Assembly: GCA_963757855.1 (NCBI GenBank)
Contig: CAVWTI010000037.1
Span: 13,688-77,687, forward strand
Direction of reading: 5' to 3'
Source: an uncultured Gemmatimonadales bacterium
GTDB taxonomy: Bacteria > Gemmatimonadota > Gemmatimonadetes > Gemmatimonadales > Gemmatimonadaceae
DNA length: 64,000 bases
In this document: in pieces, positions 9,824 to 21,987 of the stretch
Layout: each line of letters starts with the position of its first letter
Numbering within the stretch: position 1 is the stretch's first letter
Position numbers and translations under genes: made by a program
Notes under the pieces: model-generated
Seen by the model: only the letters and a program-made list of their open reading frames with translations
Told to the model about the DNA's origin: nothing
Database searches by the model: none

Positions 9824-10447
9824 GGCGCCGCCTCGCGACTGCTGCGTGGGTGGGCGCTCGCCGGCGCCGTGCTGGCGGCCCGTCCGGCCGAGGCGCGGCT
9901 GATCGACCTCTACGCCGGGGCGACCGCCGGCGGCATCGGCGGCTGGGGCGACGACGCCGAACACGCCCCGACTTCTTCGACGACGCACGGGCCGGCGGGT
10001 CGGCTTCGATCTCGGCGCTCAAGCTGCTGGTGTTCGATCTCTCGACCAACTTCTTTCAGACCTTCAACGACTCGGGGGCGTCGGGGACGCTGATCCAGTT
10101 CCTGCTCGGCACCGAGATCGACATCCCGATCGGGGAGGCCAAGATCCCCGACGGACAGAGCCAGAACGTGCTCAAGCCCGAGATCGCCGGCGGCTTCGGG
10201 TTCGGCACGCCCGGCCCGGTCGAGCCCGCCGCTGACCGACAGCCAGATTCAGCGAAGGGGTTCGTCGCCAACGCCACGCTCGGCTACGAGTACTACTTCA
10301 ACCCCTTCATCGCCGTCGGCGCGCAAGCGACCTTCGGCTACCACTACTTCTTCGGCGGCGACGCGGTGAACGAGCCCCGTCCAGGACCATTCGTCCGGCT
10401 ACCAGCTCATCGGCCTCGGAACGGTGACCTTCCACCTGGGATATTAG
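9820..10447 (+). CDS. outer-membrane beta-barrel protein, frameshifted
   Basis: ATGA overlap at 9820-9823. The sequence reads ...AVLAARPAEARLIDLYAGATAGGIGGWG..., ...KGFVANATLGYEYYFNPFIAVGAQATFGYHYFFGG... and ends ...YQLIGLGTVTFHLGY* (alternating aromatic pattern with a terminal aromatic residue). Confidence 0.45.
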
Positions 10448-10454
10448 GGGCGTC

Positions 10455-11664
10455 TCAGGCGTCGCGCGCCGCCAGCAGCTCCAGGAACTGCTCGGGCGGG
10501 ATGAACGTGTCGGTCTCGGCCGACGATCGCTGCCATCCGCGGGAGACGACCCGGATGGCGGGGAGGGTGTCGGCGCCGTACTTGCGCTTGATGGCGCCCA
10601 ACGCCGGCATCCTCGTCCTCGGGAGACGTCGACGCGCAGAAGCGTAAAGCGCCGCATGGCCTCGGCGACCTCGGGGCGCGAGAAGACCCTCACCTCGAAC
10701 TCGCGGCAGGGGAGGCACCAGCTGGCGGAAAAATCGACCAGCAGCGGGCGGCCCGCCGCATGCGCCGCGGCCACGGCGCGTCGGCTCGTCGGAGAGCCAG
10801 GCCAGCTTCATGTCCCCCTTCGGCGCCAGCAGGTAGTTGGTCGCGCCGAAGAGCCCGAGCGTCGCCAGCCCACGCCCAGCCCCTTGCGCACCCGCTCGGC
10901 CGCGCCCCGTGAAAGCTGGCGTGCACCGCGCCCAGGCCGACCCCGACCAGCACCAGCGCCGCCATCTCGAGCGCGAAGCGCGGTTCCCCGAGCCGAACCG
11001 CGCCAGCGCGGGACGACGTTCTTCAGGTAATAGAGCGCCGCGGCGAAGAGCGCGATCCCGAACACGCTCTTCACCCACTCCATCCAGCCGCCCGGGCGTG
11101 GGCAGCGACATCGAGAAGCCGGCCAGCAACCAGAAAGGCAGGCCCACGCCGGCGCCGTAGGTCGCCAGCAGCAGGAACCCCCAGCGAGGCGTTGCGGGTC
11201 GTGGCCACGTAGGCCAGCAGCGACGCCAGCGGGGGCCCGGTGCAGGGGGCGGCGATGATCCCGGCGACCAGGCCCATCCGGAACGCGCCCAGAAGCCGCG
11301 CCCGCCGACGCGCGCCAGGCGCCCCTGCAGCCCCGACGGCAGCGCGACCTCGAAGGCGCCGAACATCGACAGCCCCATCGCGAAGAAGAACAGCGCCAGC
11401 GGCACGATCACCCAGGGGTTGGCCAGGAAGGTCCCGAAGGCCCGGCCCGAGCAGGCCGAAGGTCGTCCCGAGCGTGCCGAACATGGCGGCGATCCCGACG
11501 ACGTAGGCGGTCGCCAGCGCCAGCGCGCGCCCACGCGGCACCCCGGCGCGGCGCCGAAGATGCTGACGGTGATGGGAATCATCGGGTAGACGCAGGGCGT
11601 GAGCGCCGTGAGGACGCCGTAGCCGAGCGCGAAGAGGAGGCTGGGGTGCGGCGCCGCCGTTCAT
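10455..11664 (-). CDS. dsbD: DsbD-family thiol:disulfide interchange protein (CcdA-type membrane domain + C-terminal thioredoxin), many frameshifts
   Basis: ...LLFALGYGVLTALTPCVYPMIPITVSIFG (DsbD/CcdA Cys motif), then multiple TM segments spread over three frames. The C-terminal thioredoxin reads RPLLVDFSASWCLPCREFEVRVFSRPEVAEAM and the gene ends ...IPPEQFLELLAARDA*. Confidence 0.7.
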
Positions 11665-11799
11665 GGGGCAAAAGTATAGCTCCTCGCCGATTCAGCACGC
11701 GCGCGGCAATGTCGTTGCGGTCTACGACCGGCAGCCGGTAACTTTCCCGCGACGTGGCCGCCCCGACGGTCGAGGCGGACAGCCGAAAGGAGCGCGCCC

Positions 11800-12710
11800 A
11801 TGAGCACCCAACGGCGCTGGTCCGGTCCGCCGCTCGGCCGCCTGGCGGTCATGGGCGCCGGGCAGATCGGCGGCTCGGTCGCGCTGGCCGCGCGCGCCGC
11901 GGGCGCCGTCACCGAGGTGGTCGCCTGGAGCCGGACGCGCGAAAAGCTGGAGCGCGCGCAGGCGCTCGGGATCATCGATCGCTCGGCGACCTCGGCGGCC
12001 GAGGCGGCGCGGGGCGCGGCGCTGGTGGTGCTGGCGACGCCGGTCCGCAGCCTGGGGGAGCTCGCCGCCGAGATTGCACCGGCGCTCGACCCGACGCCAT
12101 CGTCATCGACGTCGGGTCGGTGAAGGCGACCGCCATCGCCGCCGTCGAGCCCAAGCTGCCGCCGGGGGCGTTCGTCGCCTGCCATCCGGTGGCCGGGACC
12201 GAACGGGTCGGCCCCGATGCCGCCAGCCCCTTGCTGTTCGAAGGGAAGCGCTGCGTCCTCTGTCCGACGTCCGCCAGCCGCGAGGAGGCGCGTCGCGACG
12301 ATCGAGCGCCTCTGGACGGCGATGGGCGCCGAGACGGTGCGCATGGACGCCGAGCTGCACGATCGCGTGCTCGGCGCCGGGAGCCACCTGCCGCACGTGG
12401 CGGCCTACGCGCTGGCCGCCACGCTGGGCGCGATCTCCGGCGACGTGATCGAGGGGCTGCGGCGGCTGCCGACCCCCAGCCTGCGCGACACCACGCGCGT
12501 CGCCGCCTCGAGCCCGGTCATGTGGCGCGACATCTTCCTCGACAACCGCGCCGAGGTGCTCCCGCTGGTCGAGGCGCTGGTGCAGCAGATCGAGTCGCTG
12601 CGCGCGGCCATCGCAACAGGCGATGGGAAACGGATCGAGCAGCTGCTCGAGACCGGGAAGACGGACGCGACCGGCTCGTGCCGGGCTAGCGCCGCAGGTT
12701 CGAGACCTTC

Positions 12711-12714
<4 letters not shown>
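11800..12714 (+). CDS. tyrA: prephenate dehydrogenase, 2 frameshifts
   Basis: RLAVMGAGQIGGSVALAA (Rossmann fold), DAIVIDVGSVKATAI...FVACHPVAGTE (HP-x-AG motif), ...MDAELHDRVLGAGSHLPHVAAYAL...RVAASSPVMWRDIFLDN. Frame switches near 12100 and 12290. The stop lies at 12714 (ATGA overlap with the next gene) or 12689. Confidence 0.8.
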
Positions 12715-15256
<2,542 letters not shown>

Positions 15257-15257
<1 letters not shown>

Positions 15258-15752
15258 CACGAGCGCGCCGCGATGGGCACAGCCGCGCGCGCGATCTGGC
15301 GCGCCTGCCCCTCGTCGATCCCCAGGTTGTCCGCCAGCAGTGCAGGCGGGACATTGTGCATCCAGGCCGTCAAGCCGACCTCCTGATAGATGCCGCTGTT
15401 GAAGCCGGCGATGATCTGGACCTCGTCAGTCCCGACGTTCTCGATGGGATGTCCGTAGCCGCGCGGGATGTATGTGGCGTCGCCCGCGCTGACATCTTCC
15501 GTGCGGCACGCCCACTGGAGCCGAACACGGTGAGACGCGCACGTCCGGCGGCGTAGTACTGCCACTCGTCGGGCGTTCGGATGCCAGTGCATGGTGCGCA
15601 AGCCGCCGGGCGCGATGGTGAGATGCGCGCCTGTGATCCCCGCAGAGATCGGGAACTCGGCCGACGACACGATGCGGATGGTGCCGCCGGGAGAGCGGCG
15701 TGGATGGCTCGGAGGCGTGGCCGGCAGAGCCGGACGGATGGCGGTCAGGCAT
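15257..15752 (-). pseudogene. C-terminal cupin of an oxalate-decarboxylase-like bicupin (remnant, 2 frameshifts)
   Basis: GGTIRIVSSAEFPISAGITGAHLTIAPGGLRTMHWHPNA / DEWQYYAAGRARLTVFGSSG / ...DVSAGDATYIPRGYGHPIENVGTDEVQIIAGFNSGIYQEVGLTAWMHNVPPALLADNLGIDEGQ. The pieces lie in three frames and are collinear with the second cupin of OxdC-type proteins. There is no room for a first cupin before the desaturase gene. Confidence 0.6.
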
Positions 15753-15914
15753 TGGCGTTCTCGCGTGGGACTACGATATAGATAGCCCGGCAAGGATCGC
15801 CGGGCACCGGGCGTCACATGGGCGGCACGGGATGATGCGCCGGATGTAACGCTACGACTCGGCGCGCCTTCCCGGTAGCCGACCGTGGGCGGCGGCCGGA
15901 CTGCTACCGCGCAG

Positions 15915-17087
15915 CTACGCGAGCGACTCCACCGTGCGTCTCGCCCCAAACTCCCGCAGCGTGCGGTAATGCGACGCGATAGCCGAGCGAAGGGTCGGAT
16001 ACGCGTTGTATGGCAGCCCATACTGGGCGGCGACGTCCCGGACGATGGTGCTGATTGCGGGATAGTGTACACTGCACACGCGAGGGAACAGGTGATGCTC
16101 GACCTGGAAGTTGAGGCCCCCGACATACCATGAGAGCAGACGGTTCTTCGGGCCGAAGTTCGCCGTAGTCTGCATTTCGTGCAGCCACCACTCCTGCGCG
16201 ATCATGCCCTCGACATCCGGCTCGGGGTAATCCGTGGACTCGACGACGTGGGCCAACTGGAACACGATGCCGAGGATCGCGCCGGCGGTGAAGTGCATCA
16301 CGAAGAAACCGATCAGGATCTGCCACCACGGGATCTGGAGCACGAGCAGCGGTACGACGAGCGCGTAGCCGTAGTACAGGACCTTGGTGCCGACGAGAAC
16401 GCCGACCTGCGTCCGGTCATGGCGCTTGTCACGGTAGGGTCCCAGCTCCGCTTTCAGGAGCTGCTGGTAGTCCTTCACGAACACCCAGAACAGCGTCGTG
16501 AAGCCGTACAGCGCGAAGGCATAGAGATGCTGGAACCGGTGGAACCACAGGCGCTCGCAGTTCGGGGACAGGCGCAGAAGTGGAGAGACCGCCAGGTCCT
16601 CGTCGACGCCTTCAATGTTGGTGTAGGTGTGGTGCACGATGTTGTGCGTGATCTTCCACATGTAACTGCTGGCGCCGAGGACATCGAGCGACATGCCGAG
16701 GAACGTATTGATCCGCGCACTTGAGGAGTACGCACCGTGCAGCGCATCGTGCGCGATCCCGAATCCGATCCCCGCCATGCCAACGCCCATCACGATGGCC
16801 AGTCCCAGCATCTCCCACCGCGAGAATCGGTTGGTGAGCATCAGGCCGTATGGGACGAACGTGAGGGCGAGCAGCAGGACGGTCTTCACGACCATGCCCG
16901 CGTTGGCCTTCGAGGACAGGCAGCGGGACTCGAAGTACTGCGCGACGCGCGCCTTCATTTCGTGCATTGCGTGATCGGGGGTCGCGCGGGCGAACTTGAC
17001 GTTCCCGCGCGGTGCGCAACTTCGCGACACCGCACAATCAGGAACGACTGAAACTGGAGCCGCCACCGCGTTCGATCGTGAATTCAT
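15915..17087 (-). CDS. membrane fatty-acid desaturase (three His boxes)
   Basis: HDALHGAYS, HNIVHHTYTN and QVEHHLFP, plus four hydrophobic segments. ATG at 17087 (the ORF-track start at 17093 is TTG). Confidence 0.85.
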   Translation of the reverse strand: MNSRSNAVAAPVSVVPDCAVSRSCAPRGNVKFARATPDHAMHEMKARVAQYFESRCLSSKANAGMVVKTVLLLALTFVPYGLMLTNRFSRWEMLGLAIVMGVGMAGIGFGIAHDALHGAYSSSARINTFLGMSLDVLGASSYMWKITHNIVHHTYTNIEGVDEDLAVSPLLRLSPNCERLWFHRFQHLYAFALYGFTTLFWVFVKDYQQLLKAELGPYRDKRHDRTQVGVLVGTKVLYYGYALVVPLLVLQIPWWQILIGFFVMHFTAGAILGIVFQLAHVVESTDYPEPDVEGMIAQEWWLHEMQTTANFGPKNRLLSWYVGGLNFQVEHHLFPRVCSVHYPAISTIVRDVAAQYGLPYNAYPTLRSAIASHYRTLREFGARRTVESLA

Positions 17088-17379
17088 GATCAACTCATCC
17101 TCGTCGAGTGTTCGCCGTGCGTAGGGGCAACCGCGCCCCGCGGGGTGCCTATGTTGGCCACGGCCCCGCGCCGGCGACCCACCCGTCTATCTCGGTTACA
17201 AGACGATACGCCGCGACCGGCGCGACGGATCGCCTGTACAACGGCGAGCGAGCCGGTGGATCAACAGCCGTCGTGTTTGGAACGCTTCCGTACAGAAAGC
17301 AGCGCAATGATACGGCTGAGCCGCCCGCTCCCGCAAGGAAACTGAGGCGCAGGCTTCCGCTAACCCCTTGTGCGGGGGG

Positions 17380-17796
17380 TCAAAGAAGGAAAGCGAGACC
17401 GGCCAGACCGATGGCCACGACGTCCTCGGCAAGCGCGGCCCGCAGCGCGCCGAACCGGTTGATTGCCGCGATCCGGGCCCGATAGCCGCCGAAGGTCCCG
17501 GCCGCCGCGGCACATGCGCCAACGATGGCGCCCACGATGTTCATCGTCTGCGAGCCATCGACCGCCAGCCAGCCGACGAACGCGCCACTGACAAGGCGGG
17601 CCACCAGGGGGCCGGGCTTGGTCCGCGCGGGAGTCGTCGGGAGGACATTGATCACCCATTCACATGCCGCGAAAAGGCTGAGCACCACGCCCGCAACCGT
17701 GTGGTGCCGCGCCAGCAGAATCATGGCGGGTGCGGTCATTGTGCGGAGTCCGGAGGCAAATCCCAGCGCGGCCGCAATGAGCAGGGCGACCATCAT
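17380..17796 (-). CDS. small integral membrane protein (DUF4126-like)
   Basis: MMVALLIAAALGFASGLRTMTAPAMILLARHH...IVGACAAAAGTFGGYRARIAAINRFGALRAALAEDVVAIGLAGLAFLL*, 138 aa. Only the 3' third of ORF 17380..18153 looks coding. Confidence 0.6.
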   Translation of the reverse strand: MMVALLIAAALGFASGLRTMTAPAMILLARHHTVAGVVLSLFAACEWVINVLPTTPARTKPGPLVARLVSGAFVGWLAVDGSQTMNIVGAIVGACAAAAGTFGGYRARIAAINRFGALRAALAEDVVAIGLAGLAFLL

Positions 17797-17833
17797 CGGG
17801 ATGGCCCCGCCGCATGTGCCTTCACCATGGCAC

Positions 17834-19966
17834 TCAGGTCGTTGCGCCGCGCATCGCCGCCGACCACAGCGCACTCCGCATCGCCAGTTCCTCCGGTGCG
17901 GTCTCGATCGTGAATGCGGCGGGCGACAGCGTATCCGACACCTCGTCCCAGCGCAGGGGCATCGAGACTTGCGCGAGGGGATGCGCCCGCGCGGCAAACA
18001 CTCCCGCCACGGTCTTGCCGCGGATGTTCTGCAGATAGTCCACGTAGACGCGGCCCGCTCCCCGATCGCGCACGCCTCTCGTGACCGTCGCGTCCGCGGG
18101 ATGCCGGCTCGCCACGGTCGTCGCGACCACCTGTGCGGCGAGCCGCGCGGCATCCTCGCTCGTCCCTTTCGCCAGTGGTACCATGATATGAATACCGGTC
18201 ATGCCGGACGTCTTCGCGATGCCATGGAGGCCAAGGTCGTCGAGTAGTTCCTTGACCCAGCGGGCCACCTCGACGACGCGCTCGAAGGACGCTGTCTTGC
18301 CCGGGTCGAGATCGATGATCGTGTAGTCGGGTGTCGCAATGCTTCCGACCCGCGAGTGCCACGGGTCGATCGAGATCGCGCCGAGCTGGATCGCGTACAG
18401 CACCGTAGCCAGGTCACCGCCGATGAGATGGCGGATCGTGTTACCGCCCGCTTCGACATCGGCCGTGCGCACGCCCCGCGGGATCTGATCCGGAGCGCGA
18501 TGCTGGTAGAAACTTGGGCCCGTGATGCCGTTCGGAAATCGCCGCAGCACGAGCGGATGCTCGGCAATCGCGGGTAGCAGCCCCGGAGCCATGCGGACGT
18601 AGTAGCGGAGCAGATCGCCCTTGGTGTACGCCCGCGCGCGCCGGGTCTTCGGGAAGAAGACCTTGTCCAGGTGCGACAACTTGAGCGTGGCATCACCGAC
18701 GGCCAGCTCGCCAGCGCCGCCGGCGTCGTGCTCGATGGCGGTGAGTTGGGCGAGGAGTGCGCCAGCGCCACGCGCGCCGCGCGCAACACCGCCGGGACGA
18801 ACACCGCCGGGACGAACACCGCCGGGACGAACACCGCCGGGACGAACACCGCGCCCTACTGTTGTCTTCCGCGCCGCCGATGCCACGGTGACTTTCTTTT
18901 GCACGCTCTCCGCCTCCCGGCGCACCGCTATCGGTGGCTTGTCGTCGCGCAATCCAAGATACACTGGATGCCGGAGCTTACCATCCGGCGTCCATTCGGT
19001 GAAGCGGACCTGGGCGACGAGGACGGGCTTGACCCAGTGCGCGGGCTCCGGGGTCCGCGGCACGGGCCCGTCGAACGGCGAGCGCCGGACTGCCAGCGGG
19101 CGAAGTTTCGCGGACACCTTCTGCAACTCGCCGCGCGTAAATCCGCCACCACACAATCCTGCGTAGACGAGATGGCGCCCTCGATAATGTCCGAGCAGGA
19201 GTGCGCCAAGAAACTCCCGTGACCGTCGCGGCTCCGTGTACCCGCCGATGACGAACTCCTGCGAGTGCTCCAGCTTGAGCTTGCGCCACGCGTGCGATCG
19301 ATGACCCGCTTCGTACACGCTTGCAGCATCCTTGGCGATGACGCCTTCCCAGCCCAGGTGCCGGGCGCGTGCGAGGAGCTTCGGGCCGTCCTCGGTAGGC
19401 ACGACCCGCTGGATGTGCACGCTCCTGAATCGCGCGCGCCGCCAGAGGCGATCGAGCGCATCATGCCGGCGCCGCCACGGGGAATCAAGCAGGACGTCGG
19501 TCCCGGCGACGAGCAGATCGAACACCATGAGCGTGACACCCGTCGCCGGCGGCGTGCGTCCAGGGCGCGCGACTCCCGCCCCACCGGCGCGGCTCGCGTG
19601 ACGGGCCGCCGTGATCGTCTTGCTCCGCTGCTGAAGGTCCGCGAACCGCCCGATGCCGCTCGCGGTTCGCGCGACCAACTCACCGTCGAGCACGAGATCA
19701 CTGAGCCGTAGGCGCGCGGCCAGCGTGGCGACGGCCCGAGCCACGCCGGGAAAATCACCGGTTCGGTCGATCGCATTCCGCGAGAGCAGTCGCACAGCGC
19801 CATTCGCGACCAGGGCCAGGATGCGGATCCCGTCGTACTTCGGCTCGAACACCCAACCATTGCCGCGCGGCATTCGGCCGCCACGGTGGCCAGCATGGGA
19901 TGGATTTCCGGGAGGCGAGGACGCCGGCGTCTCCCTCGGGGCCGGGCGCCGCTTGGCCACTGCCAT
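17834..19966 (-). CDS. ligD: ATP-dependent DNA ligase LigD, two-domain form (ligase+OB N-terminal, primase-polymerase C-terminal, no phosphoesterase domain seen)
   Basis: WVFEPKYDGIRIL (motif I Lys), ...EGVIAKD..., ...WRKLK. After the linker: KLSHLDKVFFP...GDLLRYY..., DYTIIDLDPG, TSGMTGIHIMVPL, VYVDYLQN (LigD Pol-domain blocks). The 710-aa frame is intact. Confidence 0.9.
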   Translation of the reverse strand: MAVAKRRPAPRETPASSPPGNPSHAGHRGGRMPRGNGWVFEPKYDGIRILALVANGAVRLLSRNAIDRTGDFPGVARAVATLAARLRLSDLVLDGELVARTASGIGRFADLQQRSKTITAARHASRAGGAGVARPGRTPPATGVTLMVFDLLVAGTDVLLDSPWRRRHDALDRLWRRARFRSVHIQRVVPTEDGPKLLARARHLGWEGVIAKDAASVYEAGHRSHAWRKLKLEHSQEFVIGGYTEPRRSREFLGALLLGHYRGRHLVYAGLCGGGFTRGELQKVSAKLRPLAVRRSPFDGPVPRTPEPAHWVKPVLVAQVRFTEWTPDGKLRHPVYLGLRDDKPPIAVRREAESVQKKVTVASAARKTTVGRGVRPGGVRPGGVRPGGVRPGGVARGARGAGALLAQLTAIEHDAGGAGELAVGDATLKLSHLDKVFFPKTRRARAYTKGDLLRYYVRMAPGLLPAIAEHPLVLRRFPNGITGPSFYQHRAPDQIPRGVRTADVEAGGNTIRHLIGGDLATVLYAIQLGAISIDPWHSRVGSIATPDYTIIDLDPGKTASFERVVEVARWVKELLDDLGLHGIAKTSGMTGIHIMVPLAKGTSEDAARLAAQVVATTVASRHPADATVTRGVRDRGAGRVYVDYLQNIRGKTVAGVFAARAHPLAQVSMPLRWDEVSDTLSPAAFTIETAPEELAMRSALWSAAMRGATT
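18787..18846. repeat. 4 x 15-bp tandem repeat (caccgccgggacgaa) inside the ligD inter-domain linker
   Basis: Read directly from the sequence. It encodes GVRPGGVRPGGVRPGGVRPG on the minus strand, between the OB and polymerase domains. Confidence 0.95.
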
Positions 19967-19972
19967 TGGCCG

Positions 19973-20830
19973 CTATGCCGGCCGGCGGACGGGCCGCTTC
20001 CCTGACGATCGCTTCGCTTTGACGTCCCCCGCGCCGCCACCCCTGGATCCCGCCCCACGCTCGAGACTCTCCCGCAGCTTACCCATGAGATCGAGCACCT
20101 TCGGCTCGGCAGCGACCGGCTCGCGCGCGGGCGTGATCTTCTTGCCCTTGAGCTTCGCCTGGATCATTGAACGCAGGTGGCGATCATGATCGTCCGTGTA
20201 TTTCTCCGGCTTCCAGTCCGTCGCGAGCGACTCAATGAGCTGGCGGGCCATGCGCATCTCCTGCGGCGTCACCTTCGCCCGCTGCGCTTTCGGAAACGCA
20301 ATATCGGACACGTCGACGAGTTCGTGCGCGAACCGCATCATTTCCAGCATCAGCGCATTGCCCATTGGCTTGATGCCGGCGAGATGCTCCTTCTGGCGAA
20401 GCGTGAATTTCGCGATCCCGACCAGCCCCGATTCGTGAATCGCGTCCCGCAGCAGCGCGTACGCCTTGTCGCCGGTCCGGTCAGGCCGGAAATAGTACGG
20501 TGTGTCGAAATACCGCGGGTCGATGCTCGACTCCTTGACGAAGTCGAGAATGTCGATCGTCTTCGACGCCTCAGGCGCCGCGGCCTTGAGCTCCGCTGCG
20601 CTCAGCACGACGAATTTGTTCTTCGCGTATTCGTACCCTTTGACGATGTCGCCCCAGGGAACCACCGCATTGTCGGCCGTGGAGACGCGTTCGTACCGGA
20701 TCGGCGCCAGGTCCTTCTTGCGCAACTGGCGGAAATGGACGCCGCCTTCGCCCGGCCGCACCGCCGAAAAGAGCTGGACGGGAATATTGACCAGGCCGAA
20801 TGAGATGGACCCTTTCCACAGAGCAGCCAT
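19973..20830 (-). CDS. ku: Ku DNA end-binding protein
   Basis: MAALWKGSISFGLVNIPVQLFSAV...RYFDTPYYFRPD...GIAKFTLRQKEHLAGIKP...LMLEMMRFAHEL, 285 aa with a basic tail. Own ATG at 20830. The stop is 6 nt upstream of the ligD start. Confidence 0.92.
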   Translation of the reverse strand: MAALWKGSISFGLVNIPVQLFSAVRPGEGGVHFRQLRKKDLAPIRYERVSTADNAVVPWGDIVKGYEYAKNKFVVLSAAELKAAAPEASKTIDILDFVKESSIDPRYFDTPYYFRPDRTGDKAYALLRDAIHESGLVGIAKFTLRQKEHLAGIKPMGNALMLEMMRFAHELVDVSDIAFPKAQRAKVTPQEMRMARQLIESLATDWKPEKYTDDHDRHLRSMIQAKLKGKKITPAREPVAAEPKVLDLMGKLRESLERGAGSRGGGAGDVKAKRSSGKRPVRRPA

Positions 20831-20909
20831 GACGCACCTCGGTGCGGATGTCGCGAGTGATGATGGATGTCGTGCGAGGCTCGTGCGGTTCGCGACGGCG
20901 CATTCCCGG

Positions 20910-21826
20910 TTATCGCACGATTTGTTCCGGTGGCTGGCAGATGGCGACGATGGGGAGGTCGTTCTGCACCGCCCAGCGTTCCCAGTACTCCACGGTGTTG
21001 CCGAGGAAATGCGCCTCGAGCGCGTCACGGTCCAGCTGCGGATTCTCAGCCGGTGGGCGGGACGCCGCGGAGTGCCCGCGAGGCCGACGGCTCGCCGCAT
21101 CGCCGACCAGCTGTTCGCCTCGAGTGCAGCGACGGCGACCCAGCCGTCGCGCGCCCGGTATAGCCCGTAGCCCGGGAGTCCGCCTCCGAAGAGTGATCCG
21201 GGCGTAGTGACGCCGCGGCGAACCGGCTCGTTGAACTGATCCGCGACCGCAGCCAGCGACACCTCAGCATACCCCGCGTCCGCGCCCCGCTCTCGCGCCA
21301 GGAGTAGCGCGAGGCTCGCACTCACCGAGCGCTCCGCGCCCGCGAAGTCGGCGAGCAGAACGGCCGGCATTTGGGGGGGCGCGACCAGGCCCGCGGATGC
21401 CTGATACGTCAGATCGTGTCCCGGCTTGTTGGCATCCGGCGATGCCGACCCGACGATCGCGACATAGCACAGGCGCGGAAAGCGCGCGTGCACCTGCGGC
21501 CAGCCGAGCCCAAGCCGGCCCAGGGACGACGGTCGCGACGATGTGATCAGGAGATCGGCGGCATTGAGAAGATCGTCAAGCGCGGGCCGAGTCGAGGGGT
21601 CCTTGAGATCGAGGCGCAGGACGCGCTGCCCGTCGGCGAGCGCCTCGTACCACGCCCGGTGGTAGCCCCCAAATGGATCGCCGTCCGGCGGCTCGATCTT
21701 CACGACGCTGGCGCCGAACCCCATGAGCTGCCGGGCGGCCAGTGGACCGGGAAGGTGCGCAGCGAGCGACACCACGTGCAAACCGTCGAGCGCGCGTCCA
21801 GTACTTCCGATCGGCATGCGACTCAT
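20910..21826 (-). CDS. family III CoA-transferase (CaiB/BaiF-like), one frameshift
   Basis: ALDGLHVVSLAAHLPGPLAARQLMGFGASVVKIEPPDGDP...GHDLTYQA...GYGLYRARDGWVAVAALE. The C-terminus ...DRDALEAHFLGNTVEYWERWAVQNDLPIVAICQPPEQIVR* lies in another frame, with its stop (taa) at 20910-20912. The switch is at about 21055-21075. Confidence 0.75.
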
Positions 21827-21908
21827 GAATCCGGTGAAAGGTTCGTCTGAATGGGTACCCCGCAATCGCGCCGCTGGCGCGACCATATTATACGCAACGT
21901 GTCCTCGA

Positions 21909-21980
21909 TCGTGTCCCTGGTCGTGCCTCTGGTCGTGTCTCGGGTCGTGTCTCGGGTCGTGTCTCTGGTCCCGTCTCGGA
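21909..21980. repeat. 6 x 12-bp tandem repeat (consensus tcgtgtctcggg) in the divergent CoA-transferase/polB intergenic region
   Basis: Units: tcgtgtccctgg tcgtgcctctgg tcgtgtctcggg tcgtgtctcggg tcgtgtctctgg tcccgtctcgga. The array ends 8 nt before the polB ATG (21988). Confidence 0.9.
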
Positions 21981-21987
21981 TGGCCGC

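Noticed and set aside
17094-17379. Structured RNA in the 290-bp desaturase / DUF4126-like intergenic region (10-bp palindrome ccccgcgggg at about 17142-17151)
   Set aside because: Short GC palindromes are expected by chance at this GC content. I saw no extended covarying structure or recognisable motif.
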